From: the human T2T-CHM13v2.0 reference genome, Homo sapiens
Strand: one strand, 5' to 3'
Assembly: GCF_009914755.1 (NCBI RefSeq)
Contig: NC_060935.1
Length of the DNA: 64,000 nucleotides
Shown: piece after piece, positions 56,070 to 64,000 of the stretch
Layout: every line of letters begins with the position of its first letter
Numbering within the stretch: the stretch's first letter is position 1
Made by a program: the position numbers and the translations under genes
The notes under the pieces: model-generated
The model's input: the letters and a program-made list of their open reading frames with translations, nothing else
Databases searched by the model: none
What the model was told of the DNA's origin: nothing

Positions 56070-56972
56070 ATTTTTATTGGTTAGTTATTTTACTGTGTAA
56101 CATAAATTACCCCAAACATAACATCATACAATAATAAACATTTATCATCTGTTTCTATCTGCCAGGAATTCAGGAGCGGTTTAGTTGGGTGGTTCTGGCT
56201 TAGGTCTCTTAAAGAGTTATAGTTAAGATATTAGCTGGGGCTACAGTCATCTGAAGGCTTTTCTGGGGCTGGAGCAGCAGTCCCTAACCTTTTTGGCACC
56301 AGGGAACAGTTTTGTCGAAGACAGTTTTTCCATGGACCTGGGGAGTCGGGGGAAAGTTTCAGGATGAAACTGTTCTACCTCAGATCACCAGGCATTTGTT
56401 AGATTCTGATAAGGAGTGAGCAACCTAGATCCCTCGCATGCACAGTTCACAATAGGGTTCACACACCTATGAGAATCTAACGCCACCAGTGATCTGACAG
56501 GAGGCGGAGCTCAGGCGTAATGCTCATTGGCCCACTGCTCACCTCCTGCTGTGCAGCCCAGTTCCTAACAGGCCATGGACTGGTACCAGTCTGTGGCTAG
56601 GGCTGGGAACACCTGGGCTGGAGGATCCCTTCCACAGTGGCTCACTCATATGGCCATTGGTAGAAGGGCTTAGTTCCTTGATGTCTGCTGACAGGTAGCC
56701 ATATTTCCTCACTATATGGACTTTTCCATAGGGATGATTGAGTGTCCTTATAACATGGCAGCAGCCTTCCCCCAGAGTGAGTGGCCTGATACAATAAAGC
56801 AGAAGGAGTCACAGTGCTCTTTATAACCTAGCCTTGGAAGTGACATTCCTGTCATATCCTATCATTTCTGTCATATTCTACTGGTGACACAGAGCAACCG
56901 TGATATAATATCCACAAATTACGAATATTAAGAGGAATGGGTCACTGACGGCTTCTTGGAGGCTGGTTATCA
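56070..56972 (-). mobile_element. MLT1-type LTR interrupted by MER1B
   Basis: ttagttattttactgtgtaacataaattaccccaaac...caggaattcaggagcggtttagttgggtggttctggct; resumes after 56623. Confidence 0.7.
56275..56615. mobile_element. MER1B hAT DNA transposon
   Basis: cagcagtccctaacctttttggcaccaggga...ggctgggaacacctg; perfect 8-bp TSD ggctggag (56267-74, 56616-23). Confidence 0.9.
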
Positions 56973-57296
56973 AACTCTTCCTCTGAGAGGAAATTTAGAA
57001 TTGTATCTCCCTTTGTATAGATGTTTATTCAATATCATTTTGTCATTTACATCCCAAAGCCCCATGGTGGCATCTGGAAGTTTCTTCTTCCCTTAGTTTT
57101 CTGCCCTGTAACCTTATCTGATTCTTAAATTTAAAGTCAAGTGGCGTTTGTCATCTGAGGCTTTTCTGTCACTGTCATTACAACTAGCTCAGGGACAAAA
57201 TATTTATCTTTTCACTTCCCTCATCTAGTATTTATTGACTATTGGTTTTGTTAAAGTAATAAAAGAAATATAAGTTTCAAAGAAATAGAAATTAAA

Positions 57297-57300
<4 letters not shown>

Positions 57301-57349
<49 letters not shown>

Positions 57350-57361
57350 GCACACACACAT
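57301..57361. repeat. (TA)~23(CA)n microsatellite
   Basis: Long uninterrupted TA run followed by CA repeats. Confidence 0.97.
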
Positions 57362-58252
57362 ATGCCTGTAAAACTTGGCACAGATATACATGTACTCACA
57401 TACATGTACACACGCATACTCTGAATAGTAGGAAAGAATCCCAAAGCTTTAGGGCAGAGAGGGTCACAGAGAAAGGAAGAGACTTTTCCAAGGCCACACA
57501 GTGATATAAAGTTAATGAAAACCCAGATCTTCCATCCACCTTTTAGCCTGACTCACTCTTCCCACATTTATGAAATACTTAAACTGGATGGCTACGTGTT
57601 TAAAATTCATGTGTACAGAATGGAGAGGGATTACTTAGCAATGGTTTGGAGATTGGAGGTCTTGCTCTGCTTCTGTCCGTTTTCTTCCCTGAAGTTTGGC
57701 TGTGGCTGTTCTAAGTCCACTCTTAATTGGATTTGTAGGAGCCAGAAAGTGCTGAGCACACATCACAGTGGTGGGTAATTGGGCAGTTTCCTGGCTCCCC
57801 AGAGCCTCTGACTTGTTTGTGGATGGTGATCCATGATTCCCTGTATCATGCATTTTCAGAAAGCAAACTGGCAATCAAATGGTAATTGTTTCCATCTGTG
57901 TGGATTTCTGCCTGGCAAGGAGGAGGTTGGCTCTGAGAAGAGTAAAGGGACCTGGAATTGGATGTCAGGCCTGCAGCATACCATGGATGCGGTGGCCCCA
58001 AGCTCACATTTTCCAGTAGAGTCCTAATTTCAAATCTTTCATCTGGTTGGCCTTATAAATAATGCAAATGCCCTAGAAATTCCACCACCTAAACCATATT
58101 TTCTAAAGTGTTTCTTACTGCTGAAAGGAGCACAGACTTCCTTTGTTAGACTGTTGCCCCAGTTTTGATTTGAAAAATGTATCACTGAACTTACGGAAAG
58201 GAGACTTTTGCTGCTGCTGCTGTTGTTAAATAGGTGTAAGAATGGTGGAACA

Positions 58253-58638
<386 letters not shown>

Positions 58639-58909
58639 CTAGATACTCATTCAGGTATATGTGCGGGCATTTTGTCAGATTCCTTTTCAGTGTCTACTGG
58701 GTAGAGTGCATGATGCTGGGAACTCAGTTAAATGTAATATGGACTCTCTCTCAGACTCCACAGCCCACAATAAGGAGATGAGGTATGGATATACATAATA
58801 ATAATGCAAATTTAAGAGCATATAGAGATATATAGGGGATATAAAGATCTTCTAACTGGGAAGATCCAGAAAGATTCCAGTTCACTAAACCCTCACCAAA
58901 ATGAATACA

Positions 58910-59375
58910 GTAATTGTCATCTAGTGCTGTGGGATAAGCCAACCCAAACATAGTGGCTTAAAACTACCATCGTTTCTTTGTAATTTCATGATTTGAGTAG
59001 CACTCTGCAGGTGTGTCTCCTCCCTGTTCCACTTGGTGTCAGTCGGGGTGGCTCATGGGGGCTTGGAAGATCCCAGATGGCTTCATTCACATGTCTGTCA
59101 CCACAGCTGGGAGGGCCAAGAAAGGTGGGGCTGTCTTTCTAGCCAGGTAACTGGGCTTTGTTACATGGCAGTTTAGGGTCAAAGAGAGAAAGAGTGGAAC
59201 CTGTTAGACCTCTTAAGGCCCAGGCCCAGAGCTGGTACAGAGTCACTTCCACTGCTTTCTGTTGATCAGAGAAAGTCACCAGGCCAGCCCAGAGTCAAGA
59301 TCCATCCCTTTATCAGAGGAGTGGAATGCACACACAGGAATGGAAGAATCTCTGGTGGCCAACTGTGTAATCTAT
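58910..59375 (-). mobile_element. Old MLT1-type LTR
   Basis: cccaaacatagtggcttaaaactaccat...gtcacttccactgctttctgttgatcagagaaagtcacc. Confidence 0.6.
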
Positions 59376-59639
59376 GACTTTAATATAAAGAAAAAAATTC
59401 TAAAAGCTGAAGAATGAGATCTTACTGTCTAAACGTAGTTTATGGTCCCTAGTGAGGACTGGCTGTGCTTTCCCAGTTGTCTAAGTGTGTGAGCTTCATA
59501 CATCAGTCCCAAAGGGTACAGTCATCCACCTCTGTATGCCTATTTTTACACTGTCCAGCCCGAGATTAGATAAAGATGATTTCTGGAAAGTTTACATTGT
59601 GAGTGATTCAGCTGGGGTCCAGGTGGCCTTCCAGGTTTC

Positions 59640-59803
59640 TTTATTTAAAGATGGGGTCTCACTCTGTTGCCCAGGCTGGAGAGTAGTGACTATTCGCAAG
59701 CCAGATATTGTGCACTACAGCCTGGAACTCCTAGACTCAAGTGATCCTCCCGCTTCAGCCTCCCAAGTAGCTGAGACTACAGGCGTGCACCGCCATGCCC
59801 AGC
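59640..59803 (-). mobile_element. Old Alu monomer (FRAM/AluJ-like)
   Basis: agatggggtctcactctgttgcccaggctgg...cagcctcccaagtagctgagactacaggcgtgcaccgccatgcccagct. Confidence 0.82.
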
Positions 59804-59921
59804 TCACCCCCAGCTTCTTATCTGTCCCTTTCACCGTTTCTTCACCACCTTTGCTCTTTACTAGTACCTTGCTCATGGTGTCCACCCTTCTTACTGAGTT
59901 TTCACCTCTCTCTCATTGCAG

Positions 59922-60136
59922 GCACTAAAACAGGTGCAGATCTTAGTGATGGTACTTGTGAGCCTGGACTGGCTTCCCCGGCCTCCTACATGAACCCCTT
60001 CCCGGTGCTCCATCTCATCGAGGACTTGAGGCTGGCCTTGGAGATGCTGGAGCTTCCTCAGGAGAGAGCAGCCCTCCTGAGCCAGATCCCTGGCCCAACA
60101 GCTGCCTACATAAAGGAATGGTTTGAAGAGAGCTTG
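59922..60136 (+). CDS. PPFIBP2: Liprin-beta-2, exon 3 (G-TKTGADLSDG...AYIKEWFEESL)
   Basis: Acceptor ttcacctctctctcattgcag; phase 1 matches exon 2 (G+GC = Gly); donor TTG|GTGAGT; cumulative CDS 279 nt (93 aa). Confidence 0.95.
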
Positions 60137-60729
60137 GTGAGTAGTCCCGTGGCCTGATTGGGAACCACTGGGGAATGTAATGGTGCAGCCCATGGAGTGC
60201 CACTGCTGACTGGGGCTGTTGAGTCATCTGTATACCTTCCAGCCTTTTCTTCCATCCCACTTTGGCCAACGCTGCAGGGTGGCCCTTCTTATCAAGGAGT
60301 ATAGAGCCCAGTCAAGCGACTTAAGCTATGCCCTCTGCCCTTCCATGGTCCACAGTTGGCCTCTCCTGAGGAAATCCAGGGCCAGAGAAGGGCAAACATT
60401 TAAGATTTCACACACACACACACACCCTCGAATTACATGTACTGCTTATTGAGTTCTAATCCCTGGCTGGTGTCTCTACCCTCGGCTAGATCCCACTACC
60501 CCTTGTTTCTTACCACAAACAAAAGACTGGTTACCTCATTGATTTAAAAAAAAGCTTGACAAATTTCTTAGGAGGCAATGTTTTCTTATTTTTGCATTTC
60601 TTTGGTAAAAAGGCTAAACTTTTGAAAATTAGTTTATTCGTATTCCTCTGTATGGTCTCTAAACTTTTGATTCTATATCCTGTATCTGGACAAAGAATGC
60701 ATTTCCCGTATACATATTCACATGCAGCA

Positions 60730-61034
60730 TTTTATTTTTGAGACAGGGTCTTGCTCTGTCACCCAGGCTGGAGTGCAGTGTGGCTTGATCATGGCTCACT
60801 GCAGCCTCGACCTCCCAGGCTCAAGGGAATTCTCCCAACTCTTGCTCCCAGAAGTGTACCACCTCTGCAGAAGTGCGAGCCACACCTGGCTAATTAAAAA
60901 AAAAATTTTGTGTGTGTGGAGATGGGGTTTCCCTATGTTGTCCAGGTTGGTCTTGAAATCTTGGCTCAAACAATCCACCCACCTCGGCCTCCCAAAAGTG
61001 CTAGGATTATAAGCGTGAGCCACTGCACCTGGCC
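60730..61034 (-). mobile_element. AluJ-like
   Basis: Antisense diverged Alu dimer. Confidence 0.9.
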
Positions 61035-62539
61035 AGTATTTCACTAATATACCTAAATTATAAAAATACCACAAAACAGAATTTTAAAGTTTTTTATTTG
61101 TACAAATTTGTGGGGTACATGTGAAATTTCGTTACATGTATATAACACATAGTGATCAAGTCAGTCAGGGTATTTAGGGTATCCACTGCTCACCAAAATA
61201 GAGTTTTAAAGGATAGGTTAAAAAATAGTTCCCATATTTTTCCCTGTACACCCAGAAATCACCTTGAGCCTCTTGGATGCACCTCTCCCACTCTAGTCTA
61301 TTCGTAGTCTATGCTGTTGTTTTCTATTAGGATTTTAGTGTTTTTCTTATCTATTTGAATGACCTTTTATTAGCCGTTTGCTTTATTTGTAGCATATATT
61401 TTCCTCACTCTGTTTTTAAATAACGTTTAGGTGCTTTCTGAGACACAGAATTTTAAACAACTGTACTTGACTCTATCAGTCTTTCCTATTTTGGTTTCTT
61501 GTTTTCCTTTTGGCCCTAGCAACGCCTTTCCCAACCTCAGAACAGATAACTGTTCACCTGTATCTTCCTCTAGTAAGTTTATGGTTTGATTTTTATTTTA
61601 TGGTTAACTCCAATCCATCAACAATATTTTTTAGCATTTGGTATAAACAATGAATCTAACTTTTAAAACAGTTTTTGGAAATTTATTAAAAATATTTTTG
61701 ATCCAAAGGCAGTTGACATTGTTGTTGGTTTTTTCAAGATGCATTGGTAGAAAACAGCTTGCATTCAGATTTGCAGTTTTGTCTTGGGGTTATTTACAAT
61801 GGTTTAGGGAATGCCTTCCTTTGAAGAGATTTCCCTAAAAGTGATTGCATTCATAAATCTTCTAGAGTAATTATGGCCATCACTAACCTATGAACGGCGA
61901 AGCAAGTACTTTTAGGGGGTCAGAAGTTCATATAAACATTCCAAGTTGTAAGGGCTGCATGTTAAGGTTTTTATTCTGGACAGAGATAGCCTGTCTGTGT
62001 TTTAGATCTTGCAGACCTAAAGTCATTTTATGATCAGCACATCCACATTCCACACAAGGTCTTAATCTGTATGGGAATAGAATTCAGACTGGTGAGCAAA
62101 CTCATCAAGTGCTTTAGATTGACACTTTTAGTTAGAAGTTGTTGCTGCTCAAATTTTGGTCTGTGGCTCAGCAGCTTTCTTATCCCCTCGTAGCTTGTGA
62201 AAAATGCAGACTATGGGCTCCCATCTCACACTTGCTGAACCATCTCCAGGTGACTCGTAAGCACATTAAAGTTTAAGAAGCGCTGCGTTCAACCCTGGAG
62301 ACTCAGTTGAATTATTTTTTTAAAGTCCCATGTGGGTTAGGATTGGAGTTGGAACTAGTAAGATGGTTTGAAGGATTAGGCAGCACTGCCCAGCGCCTTC
62401 TCATGCATGATGTCTGTGCATCCCTTGCATATTTGCTCCCTTCTCCTCTGTAGACACATTGGCATTGTTCACACCTAGAATTCCTGCTTGGCCATGACAC
62501 TGGCCTGACATGGTCCAACTCTGCCTCGTGACACCTATA

Positions 62540-62975
62540 TCAGTTGGGATACTTTTTCCAGTAAAATGATGTAAACAATAACAAGATAGACCACTAACAA
62601 GATGTCCAGAAGACAGACAGTCCCAGGGTTAAATAAGTGGCTCTGAGTGACCTCATGGGTACTGGTTCTTCCCATCTTTTTTCTTTGCCATCCTCAAGGG
62701 GTGGTTTTTGCTCAGGCACATCCCATAACAGTCGCAAGATGGCCACTAGAACTGCAGGCAACATGTCCTTACAAGACACAACTATACAACTGTGTGCAGA
62801 GGTAGAGAATCATTTCTTTAGTATGTTTTTGTTGTTTTTAATCAGGAGGGAAACTCTCTGCAACCCCCTAGCAGACTTCCCATTTAGCTGCAGTGGCCAG
62901 AATTTGTTCACCTGTGCATACCCTAGCTGCAAGGGAGGCTGGGAAAGCAAGTATTGGCACTTCCACCTGCCATAG
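62540..62975 (-). mobile_element. Old MLT1-type LTR
   Basis: tatcagttgggatac...caagatggccactagaactgcaggcaacatgtcc...ccctagctgcaagggaggctgggaaagcaagt. Confidence 0.55.
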
Positions 62976-64000
62976 AGGGAGGTGGCCTCTGTCAGAAAAG
63001 AATGATGATAGAGTGGGGGAAAGTGGCCCTCAGGAAGACAGCTCAGAGTGACTGCCACAGACTTCTGTTAGGTTTGAGTTTACTCTTGTTGGCTGACAAA
63101 TTCTTTCCATGTTTTCTCAATATGTTTTCTTTTTAAACTCAAGTTTCTAAGGAAAAGGATCTGATTGACCCAGTTAATTATTTTTGAGCGAAGTCCTCCA
63201 GATCAATGAAGAAGCGTTAAGTGTAAAAGAAATAGACATTAAAGACTTTTAATTTATTCACAAGCTATGGATGCACACCTTAGGTCCAGTGTCCACCCCA
63301 GAGTGAATCAACTGTTAGCAGAGGGGAGGGATTACATAGTGGGAAATGTATCTTGTACTGCTGCTGCTCATCTGGGACTGCAGATCTTCTGGCACTGGAG
63401 CATCTGTGGTCCACCAGAAGAATGGGCTGCTGAGAAGCAGGGGTAGATGTGGAGGAGTGGTCCATAGTTAGAATAGGACAAATAGCAGACTAGTCCTGGG
63501 CTCTCTATGTCTTACATGAAAAGGGCACTCCTAGTCCTAGTGCCTCCTATTGGGTAGCTGTTTCTTTGTGGTAGGGCTGGTTCCTCTTCTTCTGGGTCCT
63601 GGCAGAGCTAAAGCACAGCTGGGCCAGCACAGTTGGCAGAAGTAGGAGTGCTGTTGGCCAGGACTTTGCCTGGAGATGGGTATAAAACAGAGGCGACTAG
63701 TTCTAAAGCCCAAGTGGAGCAGACCTGCCCAGGAGTCAGTGGCACTGGGTTAAGTGAGTTTCCCATGCTCTGGAGTCTAAACTAGCATCCTGCTCCTTGG
63801 TAAGTATAATGAGGAGAAGTGGGCTCTGGGCCTAGAAGGGCATGTGCAAGGCTTTCTTAATGGGGATACCCTCTGGGGCCTCAGTGGGGCAAGGAACAAA
63901 GGGCTTGGATTCCCTTGGTCTAGGAGCAGTATTTCCTCTGGAAAGTTGGTGAATGAGGACCTTGTATAGAGGGTGTCTTGGGGTCTAAGATGGGCTGGGA

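Noticed and set aside
59795-60157. 120-aa ORF as a stand-alone gene
   Set aside because: It is PPFIBP2 exon 3 plus intronic read-through beginning at an Alu-derived ATG.

Overview
Mammalian (human or great-ape) genomic DNA. I recognise the translated peptides as the 11p15.4 OLFML1-PPFIBP2 locus. The window holds the last coding exon and 3'UTR of OLFML1 (3758-~5700, +). It then has a CpG-island promoter and exons 1-3 of PPFIBP2/liprin-beta-2 (exon 1 ending 8481, exon 2 43801-43900, exon 3 59922-60136, +). The rest is intron rich in Alu, MIR, L2, L1, MLT, Tigger and MER elements, plus an internally deleted antisense HERV-Fb/HERVH48-type provirus (10859-14831). There are no prokaryotic features, CRISPR arrays or structural RNA genes. 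Unexplained signals: (1) a 26-codon uORF in PPFIBP2 exon 1, in frame with the main ORF, whose stop codon is the first three bases of exon 2; (2) a diverged upstream copy of the exon-2 acceptor and start codon that lacks that stop; (3) a 76-bp copy of the OLFML1 stop-codon region inside a Tigger element; (4) a perfect 30-bp inverted repeat; (5) a sense MLT2A LTR with a DUX4-like motif and splice donor; (6) a chain of minus-strand exon-like segments, and one plus-strand segment, that may be decayed coding exons. All alignments and counts were done by eye. Repeat subfamily names come from memory of consensus sequences and need RepeatMasker/Dfam confirmation. No new biological system is established; items 1-2 and 6 are the best leads.
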